Part shown: in pieces, positions 48,786-61,098 of the stretch
How the letters are laid out: each line of letters starts with the position of its first letter
Numbering within the stretch: the stretch's first letter is position 1
Origin: Octopus sinensis
Lineage: Eukaryota
DNA length: 64,000 nucleotides
Assembly: GCF_006345805.1 (NCBI RefSeq)
Contig: NC_042999.1
Location: forward strand, 127,596,001-127,660,000
Direction of reading: 5' to 3'
Notes under the pieces: generated by a model
Told to the model about the DNA's origin: nothing
The model's database searches: none
The model's input: only the letters and a program-made list of their open reading frames with translations
Position numbers and translations under genes: made by a program

Positions 48786-50149
48786 AATGAAGTACTTTAT
48801 CTTTTAACCAATTATTTACCAAGCACCGGCACTATTACATCTCTGAAAGAAAATGGATTGGCAGTATTGTTAGAGCATCAGAAAAAATGCTTTGCTGAGT
48901 TCAAATTCTACCTAGGTCAAAATAATACTAGAGTTGTCCCAAATTTCTGGTCCTATCTTTATGGAAAAAGTTATCCTGCCTCTTATTCATTTCTCAAAAT
49001 TTCATGTTGCAAAACCAAAAGACCATATTTAGATTATTCCTGCCAACCCAATTATTACAACTTTTCTACATTTCCCATTTGTTTTTGGAAAAGTAGTGCC
49101 ATAATGTAATACCATAAATGAAATTTAGAAAAGTTTAAATAAAAATATTAAATGCTTAAAAATTGTTTAATTTCTGAACAAATAAAATAAAATAAAATCT
49201 CTATTGAGCATTTAAATTTGTGCAGAAACCATCTTGATGTATCTGTTATCAAGATGGAAGTGATAATAGTCCTACCATAATAACATTGCTTGTTATCAAA
49301 TTGTGATATCATCAAATGAGTTGGTAAAGATTTGTAGGGGTTTTTTTCTTTTCATTTTTAGTTTTAAATTTTTACTTTGGTGTCTGTGTTTGTTGAGAAT
49401 TATCTTTTGAAGATTTAATCTAAATATAAGCAAGGAATATTGGTAGATAACAGATTGCAAGAAAAGCTATGTGTATGTGTTGTTTGTATGTTTTTTAAAC
49501 TGTTACCAAGATATCTATTTTTGTTACTGATGTATATGTATTTATTCATATGTGCATGTATGTTACATGCATAAATAGGTACATACTTTAAGTGTGTGTG
49601 TATTCTTTTGCTCAGGCATGCAAAAATGTCTTGTTTCTCTATTTGTACAGATCATTATTGGCATTCATTTCTGCACATGCATTGTGATAAGAAGACTTAA
49701 ACTGAGATATGCATGTTAAGCCACTTGAATTACATGAATATTATTTCACTTAATTAGTTTTATTTACTTTTTTAAATAGTTGCATCCGTATTTAAACAAA
49801 ATATACTACATTTATGTATTTTTACTATTTCTGTATAAAATCACATCCAAGTGATTGTCAGATTGGAAGAATTTAAGTTATTGAAATTTTTCCATTCCAT
49901 AAGAATATTTTATCTTCTAGAACTCTGCTGACTTTTATGTTTGATATAATTTACTTTCTAAACAATAAATAACCTTCCAAAAGCCATGCACCTTAATTTA
50001 CAATTAAATTTAAATGTATTATTCCATAATAATTAAAGACACAACAAGATACCTATAATACTTATGTCAAAAATTAATATTCAGCCACCCACCATCTGCT
50101 GGCAGAAAATCCCCATCACTTAGGTTTTGTAGGCTTGTAAGCTTTATGG

Positions 50150-50330
50150 CAACTTCATTGGTGCCAATGACACTAGAAAAGTACCCAGTGCACACTGTAA
50201 AGTGGTTGTTATTAGGAAGGGCTTCCAGCCATAGAAACCATACCAAAACAAACAATGGAGCATGATGTTGTCCTTGGACCCATCAGATCCTGTCCAACCC
50301 ATGCCGGTAGTTAAATGATGATGAGGAAGA
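50150..50330 (+). mobile_element. Short element with RTE-type 3' tail
   Basis: GGTGCCAATGACACTAGAAAAGTACCCAGTGCACACTGTAAAGTGGTTGTTATTAGGAAGGGCTTCCAGCCATAGAAAC...CCAACCCATGCC...(GAT)n parallels the RTE 3' UTR at 63870-63950. Confidence 0.7.
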
Positions 50331-50547
50331 TGATATATTAGTACCGTTTTAGTTTTTTCTACACTGAAAAATTGTCTTAACATTTTGAAAAGTTTAATTC
50401 TTTTGATTCTGCACAAAGGTTCTATCTATTATTAAGGTATAAGGAAAATAAGTTAGTTCAAACAACATTGAATATAAGATATTAACACAGAATAGAACAA
50501 TTCAGAAAGAAATGAATGTCACAGTTTACTATTTTCCACGATGGTAA

Positions 50548-51044
50548 TCTATATATATAAAACTCTAGTTGTGTGAGTGTCTGTCCCCTTCGATTTAGAT
50601 TCCTAACTCCTCCCACATTTTGCGGTGCAGTTTAACCAAATTCGGGTATCTTATAGTCGTGATTCATATCGAGCCCGTCTGACTATTAGCGCGCGTCAAC
50701 GATGAGTCTACGATTTTAAAAATAATTTAACATCATTTTTTATTCCATTTTAATGCATCGTGTGTCGATGGCGGCGGAGTTGGCGTCCACGCTCACAGCT
50801 GCACCTGTTTGCTTCTCCCCCTTCCCTCCCTCGTGAAGCTGTGGGGAAGGGAGTGTAAAGAAATCAACGTCGTAATGCGTTGTGAAGGAAACCAGCGTTC
50901 TTTTAGAACAACGACTTCATGGCTTGAAGACGCCAAAACAAAAATGGCTAAGAAAGCCCGAAATTATAAGGGAAGTAACTCTCTAAAAATGCTTATATAG
51001 TTATTTCCCTTACAAACCCGAGCAACGCCGGGCGATACTGCTAG
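50548..51044 (+). mobile_element. Non-autonomous Helitron, young copy 2
   Basis: A|TCTATATATATAAAACT...CCCGAGCAACGCCGGGCGATACTGCTAG|T: canonical 5' TC, 3' hairpin plus CTAG, A-T target, no TSD. Confidence 0.93.
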
Positions 51045-52529
51045 TGATAAATAAAAGGAAGTTGAGATGTTCATTTCTTTTCAAAGTGATCTGTTACATA
51101 TCTTGTATTCAATGATGTTTAAACTAGCTTTGTAGTTAACTTAAAGCTGTAAATAACACAGGACATCAGTTACATTGACAGAAGGCTGTTACTTGTTAGA
51201 CTTGCACTCATCCTTACCTGTCTTTAGTTTCACCTGTTGTATTAATGTAACATTCTATATATTTCACTTGTGACTCAGCTGGAGTGTGTGTATTGCTGTT
51301 TTACATCTATTTATTATTTGTTCATATGTGGAGGTGGCATTTACATACTGTTGGAGCATGTGTTTTTATGTGTGTATGTGTGTTTTTTACAGCTGACTGT
51401 CCTTTTTACTGTTACCATCTTAATTCTGAAAATAAGATTGGACTTTGTTGTTACTTAGGCAGAGGGAAGCATATTTTAGTAGTTCGAAATTTTAATTCTG
51501 AAACATAGGGTCAAGAATTCACCTTCATGTCTCTGTAGACATTCAAATTTCCATTATGAGTTTCCATTTTGTTACATCATTAATGTTTTCTTCTTATTCA
51601 ACCCATCTTTAGTGAAAAGTGGTTGACTTTCCAGTATAGCAGAGTGTTGGGATACCATACTTATTCATGAATAGTTTGCATTAGTGCATAATGTGCACCT
51701 AATTAAGGGCAATGAAATTTCCAAAAAAAAATCTCGCACATATAAACTGCAGGTTTTTTAAAACTCTTTTTTTTTTGTATATTTAAAATTGAATTTAATC
51801 AGGTTACTGTATATAATATGCCCAGAAAGTTCACACATCCCACAAAAAAATTTGCAAATTCAAAAGTGACTTTTGAACTTTTACCTGTAATGTAATCCCA
51901 TGGCAAACAGTGAAACAGTTGAATGAAGGATTATAATATAAAACATGTGGATATCACAGTCATTCTTGACCATGCTATGTATTGAACTTCATAGTCACAT
52001 GTAGAGAAATTGAGGGCAGTCTTACTTATATGGAAAGGAAAATGGAAACTAGGTGGCCGGTTATCATCTTGGATGTTGAGTTTGGTATCTGACTCTAGCT
52101 CCAAAATAAAAAAATCCATGCCAGAGTTAATGAAGGCAAATGATGTGGGGTTCTGCAATTTAAGTTAGAAGAAGAGCTGGTTAACTCAGTGAAAGAATGC
52201 TGGATGGTCAGTTTAAGAGTTTGTACAATTGATACACATTACCTAGGTACTGGAAATAGTGAAAAAGATGAGAACAACCATACTACTAAGCTAGGCCACA
52301 TCATACTACTAAACTCACACTCCTAAACAACGCTGACAACTTCAAGGCCAATGTTGGGTGGAGTCATTGCTTTATAGAGAAACATGAGCTTTCTGTTTGT
52401 CAGAAACTCATGCCGCAAAAGTAGATAGCAGTGGATGTTGTGGAATTGTTGCCTCAACCTTCCATATGTAGAAATATAAAAGACATGCCCCAGAATGTAA
52501 ACATTTTCATTATTGAATCCTTCTTTTAA

Positions 52530-52749
52530 TGCATTAGCATTTAAATAAGCCATATCTAGCCCAAATATTCTATCAGTTCTATGTTCAAACTGGCCAGATC
52601 TGGCATCTCTCAACTACCCTACAATGTCATTTTAAAAATATACAATAACATCATTGAAATCTCATATATACAAGATAATGCTTAATTAATTCAAAACAAT
52701 GTGAATAAACAAGCAATATATTGGCCAGAGTTATTTGAATGCTAAAGGG
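52530..52749. mobile_element. TTAA-flanked MITE, third copy
   Basis: TTAA|TGCATTAGCATTTAAA...GAATGCTAAAGGG|TTAA. Confidence 0.7.
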
Positions 52750-54439
52750 TTAAATATGTTTATTATGAAAAATGCAAGGTCTTCAACTCCGACAACAACT
52801 TTTCATTTGTATTCCTACTATTGATTACTTATTTATTTCATCTTCACATTGAGTAATTACAGTATTTCAGGAACAGATGTATTTATTTATTTATTTATTT
52901 CAGTTTATGTTCACATTTCAATAATAACAGTATTTATGTATTATCCTTATTGATTATTTATTAATTAAATCTTCACATTAAATAGTTAAAGCAGTATTTT
53001 CGATAATGAAAGTATTTACATTCTAATTAAAGTATTTAAAGACAAGAAATGTTTCATTCTGTGTTCATTTTCAGATATTGAAAGTATTTATTTACATATT
53101 TCTGTTATACTAGTATTACGGTCTAGTTTTCCGAACTTCCCTACTTAAGGTTTGACAGCAATAATTCCATTAGACAGTCTCATGTTGTTCAATCGTGTCT
53201 AGGGATTTCAGTAAAAAAAAAAAATGATGATTTAAATACATGTGTTATTTTTATCACTGTACAAGATTTTTTCTCTAAATCTCTCTTTTTCAAAATTTTA
53301 TTAGTGAGGTTTAAAACAATTTTTTAAAGTTATGTGTCTCCCTAATTCTAATACTCAACCTTTTCTCCAATCAAGATCTTATTAAATTTAAACAGCATTT
53401 TAGATTTTCAGAAAGTGAAAGCATATTTCATACTACTCCATTCAGTGTTTCATATATAAGTTTGTGAGACATAAATTGTGTAAATTTAGATCTTTAAGGA
53501 ACAACAATTTGTTTTTAAATCAATAGAATTTAATTATTATGTATAAAGTGTACCCATAATTTCTTGGTTTAAAAATAATATATACATATTATATACAAAT
53601 AAGTATGATAAATATTTTGGAAAATTTAAGTTTATCTCTCTGTATCCAGATTCAATTTTCTGCCAGAGTTATTTTGCCATCAGTTATTCCAAGTTGATAA
53701 AATATATACTATATTTACTGTCAGCCTTGTGGGTGAGCCCTTTGGGTTTCAGCAAATAAGTGAAAATTGCGTAAATTTCGTATTTCAGGAGCATTAACTA
53801 AATAAATAAATAAAATAGCTTTTAAGCATGTAGTTAGGGTAAAATTCAATATGCTCCTCCCCTAAAAATTTGTGATCTTATGCTAATGTAATCAATCAAT
53901 ATTTATCATTCATTTAATGTAAGGGAATCATGTTTGCTTTAATTCAGATCTCACCACACAAAACTGGAGATTCTCTTCCCGTTTGTTTATATTCATATTT
54001 TTAATGAATTGTACTCAGTTGCAGAAGGCTAGCCAATTCAAACATCTTCAAGTTCTGTAGTAGATGCCAGTTACTGCCAGGTCCGAGATCAAAAACTAAA
54101 TTGTTTGACTGAACATGACACCCTTGAGTGTCTGTGTCACTTGTTAATTAGTTACCTCCTGACTGCCCAATCCCACAAAGATTAAAATGCAACTGGCTTT
54201 ACTACTAAATCATTTTTTCCCCTTACACTCAATGAGACTAAATCCCACTCACCTGCCATTACTTGATGTTTCACTCTCTTGCTTCACCAGATTCTAATTA
54301 GTGTATAAGACAATTCAAAAATTTCTCTTAAAAATGTTTTTTTGTGTGTTTCTTTTTAAAGTGTTCACATGATTCACATTTATCAATAAGAGCTTTTCAC
54401 AAATTACTTTTAATATAATACTTACACAGCAGATATTTT

Positions 54440-54600
54440 CTTTTGTCCATCTTTACATTCTGAGTTCAAATTCCACTAAAGTTGACTTTGCTTTTCATCC
54501 TTTTGGGATCAATAAAACAAGTACCAGTTGTACACTGGGGCCAAAGTAATTGACTAGTCCCCTCCCCTGAAATTGCTAGTTTTGTACCAAAATTTGAAAC
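54440..54600 (+). mobile_element. CpG-decayed SINE family A
   Basis: TTCTGAGTTCAAATTCCACTAAAGTTGACTTTGCTTTTCATCCTTTTGGGATCAATAAAACAAGTACCAG. Confidence 0.8.
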
Positions 54601-56059
54601 CAAATATGTAGATTATCATCTTCATCCTCTCTCCATTCCCTTGATATCAATTGCAGTAGTTTCTTTTGGTAATTTAAAATTCTCTGGTGGTATTTATAGT
54701 CTGTTGTTGTGTGCACCACAAGTACCCATGTTTATCAAGTAGGTCCAAGGTCACACTCAACATTCCCTTATGTTCATACATATATTCCCTCTCATCCATC
54801 AGCAGCCATAATTTATAAGTTGTATTTAAAGACAATTACCTTCACATGCTAATAGATGATTGCCAATGTAACTATAGAGAAACAATTTCATTCTGACAAT
54901 ACCCCTGCCATCATCACCTCCCTTTCCCTTGTCAGATGTTCTGCTAAAGCAAGATAAAAAAAAAAATCAGATCCACTTAATAGAAAGAGATGCAGGAAAT
55001 TTAGGGCTATTATTTGAAATCTGAGTAATTTTCTCTTGTGTTCATTTGGTTGGTACAAAGTGACTTCTGATTGTCTTCATGTACTTTTCAAGGTCTCTTT
55101 GGTTGCCTATTGAACCTTACTGATAATGATAGCTGCAGTAATTGTTTAGAAGAATTGGAGGAAGATAAGAAAGCAAACAACTAGAGAATATAATAGGGAC
55201 AGACAAAATAATCCCAAGAAGTGTTGAACATCTATGAACTATAATAAGCTTTTGGAAGAAAGGTAGACTTTATTTATAGATGAACTGTGGATAGATTGTG
55301 ACTTAACCTTGGATTCACTCTGAATTGAATAGACCTATGATCAAAATTCTAGCTGTGAGCATCAGCATCCTGTCTTTTATTTAGAGATAATGTATCTACA
55401 ACCAAATATTATGTTTTCTTCCTTCTTTAAGACAATATAGTGTGATTTGAGGTAAATTTGACTGATATTTCTAACAGTATGATTAACCAGTTTATTGCAC
55501 ATAAATTTTAACAACAAAATCTTATATGGACCCAGGTTGAGAACCACTACTAGATCTATGGTGTGCATATATATGCAGTGCAATTAAATTGAAAGCTTTG
55601 ATTCACAATATTGTTCTTGAGTAGTTTAATCTTAACTCATCATGTACCAATTTCATTTCAGCATTAAACTTAGTTTAAAAATTATGTAAGAGACTTATTG
55701 CAGATATTTTTTGAAATTCAAATCATATGTTTACATAACAAGTGTATACTTATCATCAAAGATGTATTTGGCTTATGTAATATCAGATTTGCCTAAACAC
55801 CACTGAGGTTTTGTAAGAAACAATAATACAAATGGAATGACATTGTCCAAATCCAACTGTTAATGGATAGTACAGTGAAGATCTATAAAACATTGTAACT
55901 ATTCTTCATTTGAGTTTTCTGGAATTAACATACACCTGAAATCATGTGTATGCTATATGCACACATTCACATGTCTGCATATGGCAAGTGCATTGCTTGT
56001 ATGCATGCACTAAGTCTCTCATATTCACAAATCCTTGTGTGTGTGTGTCGTAAATCCCA

Positions 56060-56250
56060 AAAGAAGAACAAATACAAAAAAAACAAACAACAACAATGCG
56101 AGGACGTGGTACATGTAAAGTATTAGCAGACATTCGGGGAAGGAAAGAAAGGTGATTTAACATTTCGAGCTGACGCTCTTCTTTGGAAACAGGAAAGTTC
56201 AACAGAAAGGAAGACGGAAGAAGAAAATCGCCAATGATTCACATGTGATT
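56060..56250 (-). mobile_element. Second copy of the hammerhead-bearing Penelope-type pseudo-LTR repeat (more decayed)
   Basis: Minus strand 56155-56190 GTTT-CCAAAGA-A-GAGC-GTCA-GCTC-GAAAT-GTT-AAAT; flanks align with 46405-46590 (CAACAATGCGAGGACGTGG...AAAATCGCCAATG...ATTACATTT). Confidence 0.65.
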
Positions 56251-57069
56251 ACATTTTGAAAATATATATATATATATGAGTAGATATACACATGCATATA
56301 CTCACTTGTATTGAAAAGCATTTTCAATTTTTACCATAAAATATGCATGTAACAATAGAAATGTTTTTATGTAAAGCTTTTCAGCTCCCATCTAATGTTT
56401 ATTGCATGTGGCTTTTGGAATAAGCTAATCTTGTTATTCCTGGTGTATAAGTAAATATCCATGAAGATATTAGTTGGTTTTGCTTTATAGCTATTTCTCT
56501 TTCCTAAACTTGACTTTGAGCATGCACTTAAACACTCTTTAAATCCTATCTCTTATCTAGTGTAAACTATGACGTTACTTGTGTTGGTTTCTCTAAAGTT
56601 CTTTTGTGACAGGCAGACTAATGAATGATCAGAGTGCAGTCAGTGAATGTTGTGTAGGATTTTACTGAAACCCAGGTGTCTTGTCAGCACACTTTACATA
56701 TATGTAAAAGTCCTGGAGTCAAAGTTGAGGAGACTAAAGGTCTGTCTTGAAACTAAGTAAACAGCTTTCATAAATAGACATACAGGTGTGTGTTGTGTCT
56801 GTGTGAATATAGATAGCATATTCAAATTTGAATATTGTTAAACTTTACCTTTCAAGAATGCCTTTATGCTCAAAATTTTTCATGTGAAAATAGGTCATCA
56901 TAAGTTTCAATAGTAAGCTACCTCCCACCACCACCAGTTTCCTCCATGTACTGTATATTTCATTTCACTGGTACTTGTGTGACTTTTTATATAAATAATC
57001 CATACAAAAGCTTTTTTTTTTATGTTTATTAATTTCTCTTATAAATATGAAGTAAGAATATTGATTTCA

Positions 57070-57270
57070 CATCTTGGCACAAGACCAACAAGTTTGGAGT
57101 GGGGCTAAGTCAATTACATCTACTCCAGTACTCAACTGGTACTTAATTTATTGACCCCGAAAGGAGGAAAAGCATAGCTGACCCTGGCAGAATTTGAACT
57201 CAGAACATAAAGATGAATAAAAAGCTGCTAAGCATTTTGCTCAGCATGCTAATGATTCTGCCACCTTAAT
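57070..57270 (-). mobile_element. CpG-decayed SINE family A
   Basis: ATTGACCCCGAAAGG...GCTGACCCTGGCAGAATTTGAACTCAGAACATAAAGATG...TTTGCTCAGCATGCTAATGATTCTGCC; nearly all consensus CG sites are now TG or CA. Confidence 0.85.
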
Positions 57271-57693
57271 GTGAGGTAAAAATATTGACTCACCAGTTTA
57301 ATTTTTGTGAAAGTATATGGTTGATTTATTGGTAAATTGGCTTTTGAGAACAGTATATTACTGGTATTATCTTGCTGGAAGGCTCTCATAATTTCAAAAA
57401 AGTAGTTGTCAGTGATCTGCCAGTACTAATGATAATATCCTTTCATCTTTTTTTTTTTAAGAAAATGTAAAATATAAAGGTTTATGGTTGCTAATTAAAC
57501 CAATTATTATTGACATTTTAATGCAAAGAATACATGTCAGAATAGCTATTATAGTATTTTTCGTAGCTTGTCGCATCAGTTGTTTTGTCTGGCTTATACC
57601 TAGTTCCTAGTTAGCATGGGTAGGATATCTCTGCAAATTGAAATAATTTGCACAAATAAATGGGAAAGTTCATTTGGTTGGAAACAACTGCAA

Positions 57694-57729
<36 letters not shown>

Positions 57730-57739
57730 CATACCATAA

Positions 57740-57920
57740 TTACACATAATTACACATAGCTATGTGGTTAGTAAGTTTAGTTCACAACCACATGGTTCAG
57801 GTTTAGTTCCAATGTGCAGCACTTTAGGCAAGTCTCTGCTGTAGACTTGTGTCAATCAATGCTTTATGAGTGGGAATTGTGTAAATGGAATCTAGGTAGA
57901 TACCAGTTATGTGTGTGTAA
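57740..57920 (+). mobile_element. Diverged 5' part of SINE family B
   Basis: GCTATGTGGTTAGTAAGTTTAGTTCACAACCACATGGTTCAGGTTTAGTTCCAATGTGCAGCACTTTAGGCAAGT. Confidence 0.7.
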
Positions 57921-58427
57921 ATCTTTATTTGACGCAAGTAAGAGAAGACAATTTAAAATAATGGCGTATGTATTTGTCTGTCTCTGCCTTTTGTTTGCTG
58001 GTCAGCACTTCAGTGTCAAATTGTATCTTTTTCTATTAACAAGGTATCTTAGCCATTTGATAAATAGAGATCAGTCAAATATGTACTGCACTGAGGTCAA
58101 TATGCTTGACTGTAAACCTTGATAGCAGCTGTGATAGACAAGAAATCCGCATCTAATATATATATTTTTTATACATATGATTTTAGTTTTTAAAATTAAA
58201 TTTTACTGAAGATTTTAAAAGGACATTAGAGACTCTCTCAAAATTATAGGTCATACTTTACAATTTCCATTCGGAGAACTTTGTAACCAGAGTTGCTGTA
58301 ACTCAAGTCTAATCTGTATATTAGATTTGTTTCAGATATAATTATTTTTTGGATTTTCAAGTTCAGTCTGAAAATGCTATTTAGACTTCACTTTCACTAA
58401 CTATTTGTATTGTTTTGCTATTTTCAG

Positions 58428-58529
58428 TAACCATTGCAAATTGCCATGATAAGTTGTTGGAACTTGGCCAAAGGAGCAGATTTAGTTTTGCTTGCTGCTA
58501 CCTATTATCATTATTCTTCCAAAAGAATG
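58428..58529 (+). other. Candidate + strand exon (102 nt)
   Basis: Consensus branch point CACTAAC at about 58395-58401, pyrimidine tract and TTTTCAG acceptor; ends AAGAATG|GTGTGT. Open only in phase 1 (TIANCHDKLLELGQRSRFSFACCYLLSLFFQKN), or a UTR exon ending in ATG. Confidence 0.35.
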
Positions 58530-58579
58530 GTGTGTCTTATTAGAAATCATCATCATCATCATCATCCCTGCTGCTAGAA

Positions 58580-58960
58580 ATTAGGGTTGCAGATTGAGAG
58601 AATAGTGAGGTATTTAATTGCAGTTCTTTCCAGTCTGAGTTCAAATTTTGCTTAGGCCAGTTTGATATTTAATCCCCCAAGAATTGATAAATAGTACCAG
58701 TCAGTCATGTACTGGTTTCAGTGCACTTGACTATTTCCTCTCCCTTAAATTTCAGGCCTTGTGCCTATGTTAGGAAATCATTAGAGTATCAGATAAAATG
58801 CCTTGCAATCTTCATTCTAGCTCTTTACATTCTGAATACAAATTCTGCCAAGATCAACCACCTGGATTCAATAAAATAAATTATCAACGGAAAAAGATTT
58901 TATCGATTAACCTACTATTTTGTGGCCCTGTGCCTATGTTAGGAACAATTATTGTTGTTA
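58580..58960 (+). mobile_element. Two CpG-decayed SINE family A copies
   Basis: TCTGAGTTCAAATTTTGCTTAGG...AAATTTCAGGCCTTGTGCCTATG and TTCTGAATACAAATTCTGCCAAGATCAAC...GGCCCTGTGCCTATG. Confidence 0.75.
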
Positions 58961-61098
58961 TTTAAACCTGTGGTTTGATTTCAGTAGGCAGTTGGAACTG
59001 TTTCAGTTTTTCCATGGTGGATGCATGAAAGCCCTCACCTTCCTGTTATCATCGTAATAACATAAACTCATCCTTTTTGAGAGCGAATAAATAAGGCTGA
59101 GACAGTATAGCATGAAACTAAAAGCATCACTAATTAGACTCAATCTTCAGTTCTGTATTTAAAGTTTGACTTTGCACAGTCAAAGGATGAATAAAGCAAT
59201 CTCCCCTCTGCCACTGTTTCCTTTACCATAAAAAAAAAAAAAATATTGGCTTTGTGCCTTATCATAAAAAATCATTTATTTATTTAATTTGCTATTCTTA
59301 AACACCAAATTAATCTTGAATGCCCCCATACTCCTTCCTTCAATCCCCCTACCCTTTGACACCACTACTAAATATGTATGAGTCATATTCACTGTTAATT
59401 GTAGTCATAGTTATGTATGGAGTGTGTAGCATGGCTATCTTTGTTGGTTTTTAATGTTGTTAGTGTTTGTAATCTCTGCAAGGATTCATATGAATCCACT
59501 TACTATTTCATTGTCTTGTATAAAGCTCAATATCTATCTATCCTACTCAAAACTCTGATTTTTCTTTGGATTTCCAATAGCTTCAAAATATAAGTTTGAA
59601 TTTATCTGTGCATTTATTTATTTATTGGCAATTTATTTATTTATTTGTTCATTGAATCCCTCCTAATTATAATTTTTTGTTATTGCTGATGAATGGCTAA
59701 GTTGGTAGTGTGTTGCAGTAATTTTATGACTATATTTCCTATGAAATACTTTTTTTTTTATTTCTGGTTGTTTGTCTTTTCTTTTTTTTTAATTAATTTT
59801 GAAAATAACAAATTGGGGTAGAGGGAGCATTTAGTTATGTATCTCAAAAGACTGATATTTCATAAAATTATAATGAAAGGTTTTAAAATTAAATATGAAT
59901 TCTTTAAAACAAGCAGTTCTGTATGAAGGAAGCAAACATGATTTCAGGCAAGTTTGGTATCAAAAGGATTAAATATTTTGAGGTATTTAGTTATGTACCT
60001 CTAGGTTATAGGTTCAAATCCTGCCAAGTTGTCAATCCCATTTGTTGGGATAGGTGTAATTAACTATATATCCTTATATGTTACTTCAATTATGTTTTGT
60101 TTTATTTTTACCCTGACTATTATTCATGATGGAATCTCCCACTTCCTATTTACATCATCTAGATGCTTCAAGTCTATCCGGAAAACAGCAAGTGGCACAT
60201 ACATTGTTTTATTTTTTTATTTTCATTTTATTCTTGGAAGTGCCTACATTCTATTTTAATCTGTGAATATAGTTTCCATTTTAAACATTTCATACAGTTA
60301 TAAAGAAAAAATGGGTTAGATTATTAACCAAAGGCTGGTTTTTAAAGTTTTCTAAACAAATCAATTTTTTTTTTCCTGATGATACATTTTTAAACTCTGA
60401 AAAAGTAACAATTTGAAAGAGCAAAACCAAGATATAGAGGTTCTCCCACTGCTGGTAATCTTTTTTAATTGTTATAAAAATGATGTCATAGTATGATGGA
60501 CAGTATGACAGTATGTTACCATGGTTAAACCAGAGAGAGAATATGTTTATTCTTAGTCATTGTTGGAAGCTTCTAGTTATTGACTACAGTGATTATGTTG
60601 TTTAGTTGTAATACTGTTTGAACTATATCATACCAATCTTGTCTTCAAATTCCACCAACCAAATCTTTTGGAAATGATTTGTTTTCATAACTCAGGTCCA
60701 TATACAGAAATCAACAGCTGGCATTCAGCTCTATGGTAAAGTACCTATTTTCTATTATCATCTACTAAAAGAGTCCCAAAATAAAAGCTTGGGGTGTGTA
60801 AGAATGAAATGCCATTTGGATACAAGTTTTCGTAAATTATTCTATAACAACTTGATTAGAGCCCCACTTTCTAGGCATTTTGTTTTAGAAATGTTGGTGT
60901 TGGTTTTTAGCTGCAGGTCAACCTTTATCCAGTAGATCTATGATCAGAGGCATTCATGTTCTGATCATCTCATATTATGTTCATATATTTTTTAAGAGTT
61001 GAAGTGTGATTTGAAAGAGATTTAACTTCTATTTCTTGCAGGTTTGAGCAGGAACTTCAACATGTATAGCTTATATAAGTTATAGAAAACCTTCCCAG

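Noticed and set aside
52800-53100. Degenerate ~130-bp duplication
   Set aside because: Very AT-rich and poorly conserved; no functional signature.
2325-58960. tRNA-like A/B-box sequences (GGTTCAGTCCC, GAGTTCAAAT(T)CC, GAGTTCGAATCC)
   Set aside because: All are SINE heads continuing into SINE bodies; none forms a complete cloverleaf with a poly-T terminator.
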